64,000 bases of DNA. Origin: Candidatus Zixiibacteriota bacterium (GTDB lineage: Bacteria; Zixibacteria; MSB-5A5; GN15; FEB-12). The position numbers were made by a program, and so were the translations under genes. Numbering within the stretch: position 1 is the stretch's first letter; the number at the start of each line of letters is the position of its first letter. Where the stretch lies: contig JBFMGC010000011.1 in assembly GCA_040752815.1 (NCBI GenBank), positions 6,352 to 70,351 on the forward strand. Reading direction: 5' to 3'. This document shows positions 52,451 to 62,298 of this stretch, in pieces. The notes below the pieces were generated by a model. The model had not been told where the DNA came from. It ran no database searches and saw only the letters and a list, made by a program, of their open reading frames with translations.

Positions 52451-53746
52451 ATGTGGTGGAGAGACCAAATCATTTCGTGGAAACTGGCCGGCGCCGTTTT
52501 GACGGTTGCTCTGATGCTGACGCCGACGATGGCGCAGGATCAGCCGACAGATGCCACGGCGCCGATCAAGAACGTCGAGTTCCAGGGCAGCGACATTCGC
52601 GCCGCCTTGACCTTCCTTGCCGACTACGGCAATGTCAATGTGGTTATCGCGCCTGACGTGGTCGGTAAAGTGACCATTCGTCTTCGCGAAGTCCACTGGC
52701 GCGACGCCATGGATATTATCGGGCGCACCTACGATCTGGCGATCGTGGATGATCAGGCCGGATACATCCGGGTGCTGAAATCCGAGACGTACCGCGAGGA
52801 GCTGACCAAGAAAGCCGAGCACGACGCCAACCAGATGAAACTGGTGCCACTCGAGACCAAGATCGTGAAGATCGCCAACTCAGTGGCTGAAGATATGGTC
52901 GGAACGGTCAGAAACCTCCTGACCGACCGCGGTAAGGTGGTGGCCGACACCCGCTCCAACTCACTGGTGCTGCAGGAAGTTCCGGAAAACCTGCCGGTGG
53001 TAATGGACTACATCGCCAAGCTCGATTCCCCGGCCAAGCAGATAAAGATATCTGCACAGCTACTCGAAATCTCGTCGGAAGGCCTGCAGGAACTGGGTGT
53101 CAACTGGATGCTCAACGGCAGCTACGTTTCCGACGGCGGTTCGCAGGTTAACCAGACCGGCGAGGTAATGGCTGATATCGGCTCCGATCCGATCGGGCGC
53201 TACTCCGTACAGGTTCTGAGCCACGATTGGAATCTCGATGCCTTTGTCGAGGCGCTGGTCAAGAGCGGCAAGGGCAAGATCATCGCCCATCCGGAAATAA
53301 CGACTGTCGAGAACAAGCAAGCCCGCATTCAGATGGGCCAGAAGGTGCCGGTGAAGCAGTTCGACGAATCCGGTAATGTCGTAATCAAGTTCGAGGAGAT
53401 CGGCACCATCCTGACGGTCACGCCGCATATCACGGCGGAAAACCAGGTGCTGATGCACCTTCGTCCGGAGCGCTCGACTTTCGAGTTCGATGCCGCGGGC
53501 GTCATCATCAACACTAATAATGCCGAGACGAACGTGATCGTCTCCAACGGCCAGACCGCGGTCATCGGCGGACTGACCACGCAGGATGAGGTAGAGACGG
53601 AATACGGCGTGCCGATTCTGAAGGACGTCCCACTGGTTGGCAACCTCTTCAAGTTCTCCACCAAGTCGTCGGAAAGCCGCGACCTGGTGATATTCGTTAC
53701 GCCCACGATTGCGGAGGGTGATTTGGCGATGAACCCGGCCCCTTAA
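52451..53746 (+). CDS. pilQ: Type IV pilus secretin PilQ (short form, no AMIN domain)
   Basis: Signal peptide, N0/STN-like domain (VEFQGSDIRAALTFLADYGNVNVVIAPDV), secretin_N domain and secretin core (ETNVIVSNGQTAVIGGL, GVPILKDVPLVGNLFK, LVIFVTPTI). 431 aa. Confidence 0.88.
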   Translation: MWWRDQIISWKLAGAVLTVALMLTPTMAQDQPTDATAPIKNVEFQGSDIRAALTFLADYGNVNVVIAPDVVGKVTIRLREVHWRDAMDIIGRTYDLAIVDDQAGYIRVLKSETYREELTKKAEHDANQMKLVPLETKIVKIANSVAEDMVGTVRNLLTDRGKVVADTRSNSLVLQEVPENLPVVMDYIAKLDSPAKQIKISAQLLEISSEGLQELGVNWMLNGSYVSDGGSQVNQTGEVMADIGSDPIGRYSVQVLSHDWNLDAFVEALVKSGKGKIIAHPEITTVENKQARIQMGQKVPVKQFDESGNVVIKFEEIGTILTVTPHITAENQVLMHLRPERSTFEFDAAGVIINTNNAETNVIVSNGQTAVIGGLTTQDEVETEYGVPILKDVPLVGNLFKFSTKSSESRDLVIFVTPTIAEGDLAMNPAP

Positions 53747-53772
53747 TCGGCCGGACCAGAGGGGAAAAGAAG

Positions 53773-53803
53773 GCCTCCACCTGAATAAGGTGGAGGCTTT
53801 TTG
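53773..53803 (+). terminator. Rho-independent terminator after pilQ
   Basis: gcctccacc-tgaataa-ggtggaggc forms a 9-bp stem, followed by TTTTTG. Confidence 0.85.
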
Positions 53804-53908
53804 TCTCTAAATCGGGAGTCAATTTTGCCGATTAATACAGGGTACGGGAGCAAGAAACATTCAACGGTCAAATAATCAGATTTCCTAATAGCAGGAGTTG
53901 TCAAAACC

Positions 53909-56011
53909 ATGAGTAACAAATTCCGGATTGCCAGGCTGATGGTGACGCTGGGTGCTGCGGTCCTTTTTGTATTCGGATGCAGTTCCAAGAACACCGTCGA
54001 TACCGATCCCACGCCAACCGGCGCGGAGATCGAAGTCGCCGCAATGCCGTCGGCGGTCGAGACCAACGAGACTTCGGTGGTCGAGGCGACGGTCACGGTT
54101 AGCGGCACGGCCGTGCCTAACCAGGAAGTTCACTTCAGCGTTACCCCCAGCACTGCCGGGACCGTCACGCCCCAATTCGACACTACCGGAGCCGATGGGG
54201 TCGCAGCGACCGTGTTCACAGCTAGTCAGGCGGGGGCGGTGATAGTTCAAGCCCAAATTGTGGGCACTACTATTTCATCGTCAGTAGGGCTTTCCGTGTC
54301 CCAGGGCTCGACCGGCAGCGGCAATGTGAATATCAACGCCTCGCGGAGCCTGCTTCTGGCCAATGGCCATGACACGTCCGTGGTGACGATTGTCGTTCGC
54401 GATGAACTGGGCCAGCCCGCGCCCGACGGCACGCTCATCAAGCTCGTGGCGGGAGAGAAGTTTATCGACCGCGACGGCAACGGCTACTGGTCTCAGAATA
54501 TCGATTCGCTGGTATTTGACGCCAACGGCAACGGGCAGTGGGATTCTTACGGACTGATCCCATCGACTATCGCCGTTTCAGGCGGCGCCGGCCAGGCGAC
54601 CGTCGATTACGTTTCGGGCGATGAAGCTTACACAATATACGTAAAAGCGACTGTCGACGAAGGCGGTATCAGGGGCTTCGCCGAGCTTTCGCTCCAGATA
54701 TCACCCAACACGATTCTGTACTCGATCTATCTGGCTTCCGATACGGTTACGCTCTCGGTTAAGTCCACCGGCGGAATCGAAACCGCCTGGTTGCGGGCGA
54801 CCGGATACGATACTCACGGTAACCCGGTTCCCGAGGGCATGCCGATCGTGTTTGCCATTCTTGACGGCCCCGGCGGCGGCGAGCAGCTTGATACGCTCGC
54901 GTACGGCCCCGATACGGCCTACACCAACGGCCAGGGCACGGCGAGCACGACTATTTCGTCCGGCACTATCTCGGGTACAGTCAGAATCCGCGCCTACCAG
55001 GGAACGGTGCTTTCCAATGCCGCCCAAGTCATGATCGCTTCGGGACCGCCGGAGCATATTGTCGTAGGGACTTCGGTCTGCAACACTAAGAGCTGGGATC
55101 GGGTAGGTGACACGGTGGGTGTAATCGCCATAGTCTCCGACATCTACAACAACCCCGTGAATGATTCCACGGTGGTGTACTTCACCTGCGACGAAGGAAC
55201 CATAAAGGCGACTGTGGCTCGTACCAAGAACAACAACGGCCATGCCGCCACAGTCTGGTACTCGGGCTACAAACCGGTTGGGGCCAACGGACGGACCTGG
55301 GTCTACGCGGAGACGTCGGGTGGTACGGTTCGCGATTCATCACTGTTCTTCAACACGTACCTGGCTGACCAGATTTTCGTCTCTGGTTGGCAATCGTCAT
55401 TGTTAGCTAACGGTGAAGCGAATTTCTCAGTGTGGGTGGAAGCCGTCGATCTGAACGGCAACTTCGTTATTGGCGGCACGCCGTTCTTCGCCGAGGCCAA
55501 CTACCTGACAGTCAACGGTGGAGTATTTGAGAATGGCTGCTACTCGGCCACTGATCGTGTCAAGGTGACCTCGACAACCTTGGATTACGACGACGTTCTG
55601 ACGGGCGCCAACGATAACGGCGTGGGAGCTATCGATTTCGTTACCTACTGGGCGGCAGGCGGGGCGTCAGTGACTCTGCCCTGCACGCTGCTGACCGGAT
55701 TCGCGTACAGCGGCAATTCCAGGATCAACGGCGCAACCAGTTGTCAGCCGGGCGAGCAGGTCAGGCTGTCGGTGAACATCGCCGATCGCTGGGGCAACCC
55801 GCTTGGCGACCATACGCTCAATATGACGGCCCCAGGGGGTGGTGTGGTAACCGGTGGCACGCAAGAGACTGACGGTTACGGTGAAGCGTTCGGCTTCATC
55901 TGGACCGCGCCGGCACTCGACGGAGACTATAACATCGAGGTTACTGATACCGATCCGCGTGGCGGCGGTATGGTGCTCACGCTGAAGATCACCGTCAAAA
56001 CAGCTGCTTGA
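53909..56011 (+). CDS. Large lipoprotein with tandem bacterial Ig-like (Big/invasin-type) domains
   Basis: Lipobox VFGC-SSK. Repeated ~90-aa units follow the pattern ..(V/A)TV.D..GNPV..G..V.F....G......T(D/N)..G.A....(S/A)....G...V.A (for example SVVEATVTVSGTAVPNQEVHFSV..TTGADGVAATVFTASQAGAVIVQA). Confidence 0.7.
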   Translation: MSNKFRIARLMVTLGAAVLFVFGCSSKNTVDTDPTPTGAEIEVAAMPSAVETNETSVVEATVTVSGTAVPNQEVHFSVTPSTAGTVTPQFDTTGADGVAATVFTASQAGAVIVQAQIVGTTISSSVGLSVSQGSTGSGNVNINASRSLLLANGHDTSVVTIVVRDELGQPAPDGTLIKLVAGEKFIDRDGNGYWSQNIDSLVFDANGNGQWDSYGLIPSTIAVSGGAGQATVDYVSGDEAYTIYVKATVDEGGIRGFAELSLQISPNTILYSIYLASDTVTLSVKSTGGIETAWLRATGYDTHGNPVPEGMPIVFAILDGPGGGEQLDTLAYGPDTAYTNGQGTASTTISSGTISGTVRIRAYQGTVLSNAAQVMIASGPPEHIVVGTSVCNTKSWDRVGDTVGVIAIVSDIYNNPVNDSTVVYFTCDEGTIKATVARTKNNNGHAATVWYSGYKPVGANGRTWVYAETSGGTVRDSSLFFNTYLADQIFVSGWQSSLLANGEANFSVWVEAVDLNGNFVIGGTPFFAEANYLTVNGGVFENGCYSATDRVKVTSTTLDYDDVLTGANDNGVGAIDFVTYWAAGGASVTLPCTLLTGFAYSGNSRINGATSCQPGEQVRLSVNIADRWGNPLGDHTLNMTAPGGGVVTGGTQETDGYGEAFGFIWTAPALDGDYNIEVTDTDPRGGGMVLTLKITVKTAA

Positions 56012-56042
56012 TCGTCTCCTGAAGAGACGCATTCATAAGGAT

Positions 56043-56081
56043 CGCCGGAGGGCTGCCAGACCCCTCCGGCGTTCTCTTTTT
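56043..56081 (+). terminator. Rho-independent terminator after the Big-domain lipoprotein gene
   Basis: cgccggaggg-ctgccagac-ccctccggcg forms a 10-bp stem, followed by TTCTCTTTTT. Confidence 0.8.
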
Positions 56082-56120
56082 GTGCTTTGCAAACGCAGAC
56101 CGCGGGACTAAATTGAGCGA

Positions 56121-57791
56121 ATGGCCGCGACAGATTCACAGTCCAGCGGCAGGCCGGTCTCCCTCTACGCCGCTTTTGAGGCGGTCGCCACGAAATACGC
56201 CGACAAAACCGCGCTTATCGGCTCCGGCGGCAAGGGCCTGGCACTGACCTACCGTGAAGCCCTCACGCGAATTCAGCAACTCGCAGCCGGCCTCCAGACA
56301 CCCGAGTTCTCCGGGCTGTCCGAGATCGGCCTGATCAGCGAGAATCGCCCCGAGTGGCCTATAGCGTACCTCGCCATCGTCGCCGCCGGGAAGACCGTGG
56401 TGCCGCTCGACGCCAACCTGCATCCGGGCGAAATCGAGGCGATCATCCGTCACGCCGGACTCTCGGTGTTATTCGTGTCCGGGCGTTTCGAGCCCGTGGT
56501 CGCCAGTTTCGGGCCGGATCTGCGGCTATTCTCATTCGAATCGGAGTCGCCCAACAACTGGTCGAAACTTGTGTCAAGCCCGGTTGATTTTACTCCTCTG
56601 GGAAGCAGGGAAACGGTGGCGTCGTTGATTTATACGTCTGGCACCACCGGCGCGCCTAAGGCCGTGATACTCACGCACGGCAATCTGCTGGCCAATCTCG
56701 AAGCGATTGACAAGGCGATACACTTCGACGAACGCGATGTGCAGCTATCTCTCCTGCCGCTGCACCACACTTTTGAGACGACCTGCGGCTTTCTGACTCC
56801 ACTTATTCATGGCGCGACGATCGTTTACGCGCGCGGGTTGAAATCCAAGGAAGTGCTGGAAGACATATCCGCAAACCGGGTGACCTTGATGTGCGGTGTG
56901 CCGCTCCTCTATGAGAAAATGTATCACTCGATACATCGCAAGGTGGAAACCGCTCCCCTCATACGTCGACTCATGTTCCGGCTGTTGCTCTGGATCTCCG
57001 CGCTCGGTTGGCAACTGGGGCGACGCTGGGGGAGAGGGCTCTTTGCGGGCGTACGCCGACGGGCCGGGCTGGCCGACATACGGATGTTCGTCTCCGGCGC
57101 TGCCGCTCTGCCGCCAAACATCCAAAGGTTTTTCGTACTGATTGGATTTGACTTCCTGCAAGGGTACGGTATGACCGAAGCCTCGCCGGTCATATCCGTC
57201 AATCGGGCCGATTCAATTGTTTTCGGTTCGGTTGGCCCGCCGCTGGACGGAGTGGAGGTCAGGATCGACAGGCCGGATGAAAACGGAATTGGCGAGATCA
57301 TCGTACGTGGCGAGAATTGTACGTCGGGCTACAAGAACAACCCGGAACAGACCGCCGAATTGTGGCGCAATGGCTGGCTCCACACGGGGGATCTGGGCAC
57401 TTTTCGCGATGGCCAGTTATGGATCACCGGGCGGGCGAAGAATCTGATCGTATCGGCGGCCGGCAAAAACATCTACCCGGAAGAGCTCGAAGAGAAGCTG
57501 TCGGAGTCGGATTACATTCTCGAAGTCATCGTGTTCGGCCGGGCGAAGCACGGGCGGCATGGGGAAGAAGTGCGGGCGCTGATCGTGCCGGATATCGAGC
57601 AGTTCCAGCTCGAGTTCGGTCTCGATCCGGCGCAGCCTAACGCCGACCTCGTGCGCGAAATCCTAAGCCGGGAAGTTGCCATGGTGAATGCCGAGATCGC
57701 CGACTACAAACGCATTACCGGTTTTGAAGTGCACTTTCAGGAGCTGGAGAAGACCTCGACCAAGAAAGTGAAGCGCTTTGTTTACCGATAG
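56121..57791 (+). CDS. Long-chain acyl-CoA synthetase (AMP-forming ligase family)
   Basis: AMP-binding signature YTSGTTGAPKAV, YGMTE, GWLHTGDLG, and a C-terminal KTSTKKVKR lysine motif. Confidence 0.85.
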   Translation: MAATDSQSSGRPVSLYAAFEAVATKYADKTALIGSGGKGLALTYREALTRIQQLAAGLQTPEFSGLSEIGLISENRPEWPIAYLAIVAAGKTVVPLDANLHPGEIEAIIRHAGLSVLFVSGRFEPVVASFGPDLRLFSFESESPNNWSKLVSSPVDFTPLGSRETVASLIYTSGTTGAPKAVILTHGNLLANLEAIDKAIHFDERDVQLSLLPLHHTFETTCGFLTPLIHGATIVYARGLKSKEVLEDISANRVTLMCGVPLLYEKMYHSIHRKVETAPLIRRLMFRLLLWISALGWQLGRRWGRGLFAGVRRRAGLADIRMFVSGAAALPPNIQRFFVLIGFDFLQGYGMTEASPVISVNRADSIVFGSVGPPLDGVEVRIDRPDENGIGEIIVRGENCTSGYKNNPEQTAELWRNGWLHTGDLGTFRDGQLWITGRAKNLIVSAAGKNIYPEELEEKLSESDYILEVIVFGRAKHGRHGEEVRALIVPDIEQFQLEFGLDPAQPNADLVREILSREVAMVNAEIADYKRITGFEVHFQELEKTSTKKVKRFVYR

Positions 57792-57814
57792 TCCGTTCGG
57801 CCGGAGGTGCCGCC

Positions 57815-58237
57815 ATGGTTGAAACTCATACGGTCAAGTTCAAGACCAGGGGATCGGGCGCGATTGTCGATCTCACCCTCGAAATGAAGGAAGCGGTGGC
57901 CAATTCAGGGATCGATTCCGGCACGATTACCGCCTTTGTACCCGGCGCCACTGGCGGCATCACTACTCTCGAGTACGAGCCGGGGCTGATTCAGGACTTG
58001 CCCGAACTGATGGAACGCCTGGTGCCGTCGGATCGAGGCTACGCGCACGACAAGACCTGGCAGGACGGCAACGGCTTTTCTCATCTCCGGGCCGCTCTGA
58101 TCGGTCCCAGCGTGACCGTGCCGTTCACGCGCAAGCACCTGCTGCTCGGCCACTGGCAGCAGGTAGTGTTCCTCGAATTCGACAATCGCCCTCACGACCG
58201 CGAAATCATCCTGCAGATCCTTGGTGACGGCGCATGA
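57815..58237 (+). CDS. yjbQ: YjbQ/UPF0047 family protein (secondary thiamine-phosphate synthase-like)
   Basis: 140 aa. TGGITTLEYEPGL, GNGFSHLRAALIGPSVTVPF, LGHWQQVVFLEFD. Confidence 0.8.
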   Translation: MVETHTVKFKTRGSGAIVDLTLEMKEAVANSGIDSGTITAFVPGATGGITTLEYEPGLIQDLPELMERLVPSDRGYAHDKTWQDGNGFSHLRAALIGPSVTVPFTRKHLLLGHWQQVVFLEFDNRPHDREIILQILGDGA

Positions 58238-59238
58238 TAGTCAAGGCGCTGGAGCGAGCGGGCAACAAGCTTAAGCTGATAGATCAGACACGCTTACCGG
58301 TCGAACTTGTCTATCGTGAACTGGACGATTACCGGGCGATCATAGAGGCGATTCAGCGACTCGAAGTTCGCGGCGCACCGGCTATTGGCATAGCGGCGGC
58401 CTACGCGCTGCCGATAGGGGTGATCCAGACCGGCCGTTACGATTATGACAGTATCGCCAGGATCGGCGCGGAGATCAAGGCTGCCCGCCCGACTGCGGTC
58501 AATCTCGCGTGGGCCGTTGACAGAGTGTTGAAGCGGTTGAAGGTCGAGGCTCCGCCAGTACCTGAACAGGTCCTCGATCTTTTGTGGGCCGAAGCCGAGG
58601 CTATCCACGAGGAAGACCGCCGGATGTGTGCTCGTATCGGTGAACACGGCTCGCGTCTCATCAGCGATGGCGATACCGTGCTGACCCATTGCAACGCCGG
58701 TGCGCTGGCGACCGGCGGAATCGGTACCGCGCTGGGGGTGATTTATACCTGTCGCGATCAGGGCAAGCGCTTAACCGTATTCGCCGACGAGACCCGCCCA
58801 CTTCTGCAAGGCGCCCGCTTGACGGCCTGGGAGCTTATGCAGGAGGGAATTGATGTAACCCTGATATGTGATTCGATGGCGCCTGTGCTTATGGCCCAGG
58901 GGAAAATCGGGCATGTTATTGTCGGGGCGGACAGGATCGCCCGCAACGGCGACACCGCCAACAAGATCGGCACCTACGGGCTGGCAGTCCAGGCGAAGGC
59001 TCACGGCGTGCCGCTCTATGTCGCCGCGCCCTCGTCGACCTTTGATAATGATATCGCGACCGGAAGCGATATCCCGGTGGAGGAACGGAGCGGCTTTGAA
59101 ATCACTAACGGCTACGGCGGCCAGACCGCTCCGGATGGGATCAAGACGTATTCTCCGGCGTTTGATGTCACGCCGAACGAGCTGATAACGTCATTTGTCA
59201 CGGATACCGGCGTCCGCCCCGGCGGGCGGCGGGTTTAG
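58234..59238 (+). CDS. mtnA: S-methyl-5-thioribose-1-phosphate isomerase
   Basis: LEVRGAPAIG, RPTAVNL, THCNAGALAT, GADRIARNGDTANKIGTY, and FDVTP near the C-terminus. ATGA overlap with yjbQ. Confidence 0.88.
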   Translation: MIVKALERAGNKLKLIDQTRLPVELVYRELDDYRAIIEAIQRLEVRGAPAIGIAAAYALPIGVIQTGRYDYDSIARIGAEIKAARPTAVNLAWAVDRVLKRLKVEAPPVPEQVLDLLWAEAEAIHEEDRRMCARIGEHGSRLISDGDTVLTHCNAGALATGGIGTALGVIYTCRDQGKRLTVFADETRPLLQGARLTAWELMQEGIDVTLICDSMAPVLMAQGKIGHVIVGADRIARNGDTANKIGTYGLAVQAKAHGVPLYVAAPSSTFDNDIATGSDIPVEERSGFEITNGYGGQTAPDGIKTYSPAFDVTPNELITSFVTDTGVRPGGRRV

Positions 59239-59271
59239 GCCGAGCGCGTAACGCCACGCCTGTCGTCTGGT

Positions 59272-59297
59272 GCTGTCGGGCGACCCTGCCCGACAGC
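59272..59297. repeat. 26-nt palindromic element, copy 2; probably also acts as mtnA terminator
   Basis: gctgtcgggc-gaccct-gcccgacagc forms a perfect 10-bp stem, followed by TGGTTTTCT. It is the same element as 39944-39969 in the opposite orientation. Confidence 0.8.
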
Positions 59298-59339
59298 TGG
59301 TTTTCTACATATTTACCAGGATCGGTCGTTCCAGTTGCC

Positions 59340-61211
59340 CTAGTCATTGAATTCAAAGCACGGCAGCGGAAGCGGGTTTAGAGACACGAATAAATGATCA
59401 ACAAGTTGCCGGATATCTCCAATCGAAAGCTGACCGTCGCAGGTAACGTCACCCAGGAGGCTGTCGGGGAATATCGGTACCCCGCTGCCAAAAACGTGGT
59501 CGATGAGCAAGGTGATATCACCGACGCTCACATCGGCGTCATTGTTCACATCGCCTCGGGCGATAGAGAGTATGGCCCGATAGGCGTCAACGCGGCCATA
59601 GCCGGTTTCGGGTACTGGTACCGACCCGGAATCGTGAACGGCAGAACCTGTCAGTACGCCGTATACCGAGTAAGCGGAGGTGTCGCATATTGCTGGCATC
59701 CCGGGATCTCTGGCCAGCACGAGGGAAGCCACACCTGAGACGGTCGCTGCTGCGGCTGAGGTACCGCCGGATTTGCAGTCGAAGTCGGGGTCCCATCCAT
59801 TTGGCGGAGGGCAGTCCCAAGTTATGGGCGGACATCCGGGCCAGTATGTTAAATGCGGGTTCCATCCCAAATTGCCTTCCTGGTCAAGAGACCAAATGGT
59901 TCCCTGCCGGCACAATTCGCTGCTGGGGGCCACAAGGTCCCAAGTTAATTCCGTACATGGAGTAATTCAGGCGGTCGTTGAACTGGTCGCATGCGCCTAC
60001 ACCAATGACAGGCGCGAGAATCGCCAACCACGACATTCTCTCCGGATACGCTATCGCGTCATTACCGGAAGCAAACACGATTGTACATCCCTTTCCGTCG
60101 CGGCCTCGGATTGCGGCACTGTCAATTGCCATCCATACGATATCGGAGAATTCGCAGATCCAGCTGTTGGAAAGGACGTCCGCCCCGTGTTGCCATGCGT
60201 AGTGAATTGCCTCAGCCGTCGAATACAACGACACCCCTTGACCGGAACACCGGTAGTCGCGAAATATCTTCACGGGCAAGATGCTCACATGCGGGTTGAG
60301 TGACATTACACCGCTGTAGTCAGGAGCGCTCATTATCTGACTGGCAATTGTGTGATTAGCGGCAATAAGACCTGTGCACCCCATACCGTGCCCGCAACTG
60401 TCGCCAGGGGAAGGGTCGTCATCATCATCCGCGAAGTCGTATCCCGGTAAGATACGTGCCTGATCAAGATCATAGTGGCCTGTAACCCCGTCGTCGACTA
60501 CAGCCACGACTAAACTGTCCGTAAGGCCCGCGAAGTCCCACACGGAAGCCGTGCCAAGGTTGCCAATAACTTGCATGACATTCCACTGATAGGTATGGTA
60601 TTTATCGTCAAGGGTATAAGCCGTTTGGCGAAGGCTGCCGGCGGTGTTCGGGTGCGAGAAGTAGGTCTCGTCGATACCGTAGTACAGATTTGCCATTTCA
60701 AGCAGCCCAAATTCGCTCGACTGAGAGATACTCAGCACGTAAACGCTTGGTGTGTGCCTGCTTATCTTCTCGACTATAACGTGATGTTGCTCGTTCAGAG
60801 CGTCGACACGCTCTTGCGTTACGTCGTGGCGAAAACCAACCACAAAGGTAGGGCCGCTGTTGAAGGCTTGCCCATTGATCGTAAGGTAATATGGGTCTAT
60901 CATGGCAACCCCCTCGACGTTTCTGAGAGCGGCTCTGACCTGTTCTAAATCATAGCCCGAAGCAAGTGAATAGGCATAGAAGCCGTCGGTTGGGTAGTCA
61001 TCCACAAGCCACTATCCAGCGATGGAGACTGTTTTGTCAATGCCCCTCGCACGGAATCAGTGACATATGGCTCGAACTTGATCTTTACCTTTGATTGGTC
61101 GATCTTCAGGGGAGTTTCCATTCCCCCGCTGAAGTAATGTTGCGCTTGAGTGATTGCTGGTGTGAAAAGTACTACGATGACTAAGATTTCGACTGCCGTA
61201 CGCTTACGCAT
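59340..61211 (-). pseudogene. S8 subtilisin-like peptidase with dockerin-like C-terminus, disrupted by two frameshifts
   Basis: Three consecutive minus-strand ORFs in three different frames together make one subtilase. ORF 61211-60945 carries the signal peptide MRKRTAVEILVIVVLFTPAITQAQ plus a pro-region. ORF 61005-59884 carries Asp VAVVDDGV, His CGHGMGCTG and Asn ASGND. ORF 59933-59340 carries Ser SGGTSAAAATVSG plus the dockerin-like repeats. The frame breaks lie near 60990-61005 and 59925-59940. Confidence 0.75.
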
Positions 61212-61242
61212 AATTCCCTCCTGTGTCTTATGGTTCTCTTCT

Positions 61243-62298
61243 TTATCTCATATGCTGCACCGATATGTTCCCAAACCAATGATTGTAGCCGAACTCATGC
61301 GCATAAACGGCCTCTCGCTGCCGTATTTCATACAGAAAGAGAATGCGCGGCCCCATGCTGGCATTGAGGGCCGCGAGCCAGCGACCGTCAGGTGTAACAA
61401 CCATGCTGCCTACCCCCCACACCGGCCACGTGAGAGAATCAAGAAATCTGTCTATCCTAACCGTATCGCAAACATAGTTGGCACGGACATCAAATACGTA
61501 CAATTCGTTGGTCCCCAGCTCCCCGTGGGGCGTCGATGGATTGCTGAAAAAAGCTAGTTTTCCCTCCGGGGCCATAGCGAGATACCCGGCTCCCGGCCAC
61601 AAGACGGTCTCGTGAGTAACTGAATCGAGGTTTATGTCGTATACTACAAACCGATGCAGTAGGTAAGCGAGCAACTTTCGATTACTGGGAGTCGGTATAA
61701 TCTGCATGGGCGGCCCCGGTAGCTGGTAGCGCTGCAGCTGCGCATCGGGGTCGAGCGGCCTGACCCACGCTACGCTATTATAGAATTCTCCCCCATCGAC
61801 ATGGCCGGCGTAGAAAGTCCGGCTGTCGCTGGAGAAGATCCCATCGTGCAGCCTGGTCGTGTCTGAGAACACCACGGACCAGTCGGTAGTGTTCAGGACA
61901 TAGAAATCTTGGCCCATGATCGCCAGCAAGCGATCATCAGGGGAGACCGCCGCGCCAAACCAGGCGCCGTACGGCAATTCAGCCACTAGTTGAAGCGAGT
62001 CGGCGGTAAGCACCAGCACGCGATCTCGCTGAGTGAAGTAGAGTTGCTTGCCATCAGCTGACACCGTTACGCTTCGCATCTCACCTTCGTACGGTACGAC
62101 CATGCTGTCAAGCTCGAGCGTAAGAGGATGGAAAATCCAAAGAGTGGAATTCACCGAGTTGCAGAAATAGACGGGGTAATCATTCGCCTCTACTGGCGGT
62201 GGTTTGGTGGGGCCGTCGTCGCAACCGAACGGCCAGAGACAGGCCAGTCCGAGACCGGTAGCCACTACTCCAAAAAACAATCCCTTGGTGACACGCAT
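61243..62298 (-). CDS. Beta-propeller repeat lipoprotein (YncE/YVTN-like)
   Basis: Signal peptide with a Cys (GLGLAC or PFGC-DD). A blade motif recurs: VSADGKQLYF, VSPDDRLLAI, SSDSRTFYAG, TPSNRKLLAY, MAPEGKLAFF, VTPDGRWLAAL. Confidence 0.6.
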   Translation of the reverse strand: MRVTKGLFFGVVATGLGLACLWPFGCDDGPTKPPPVEANDYPVYFCNSVNSTLWIFHPLTLELDSMVVPYEGEMRSVTVSADGKQLYFTQRDRVLVLTADSLQLVAELPYGAWFGAAVSPDDRLLAIMGQDFYVLNTTDWSVVFSDTTRLHDGIFSSDSRTFYAGHVDGGEFYNSVAWVRPLDPDAQLQRYQLPGPPMQIIPTPSNRKLLAYLLHRFVVYDINLDSVTHETVLWPGAGYLAMAPEGKLAFFSNPSTPHGELGTNELYVFDVRANYVCDTVRIDRFLDSLTWPVWGVGSMVVTPDGRWLAALNASMGPRILFLYEIRQREAVYAHEFGYNHWFGNISVQHMR

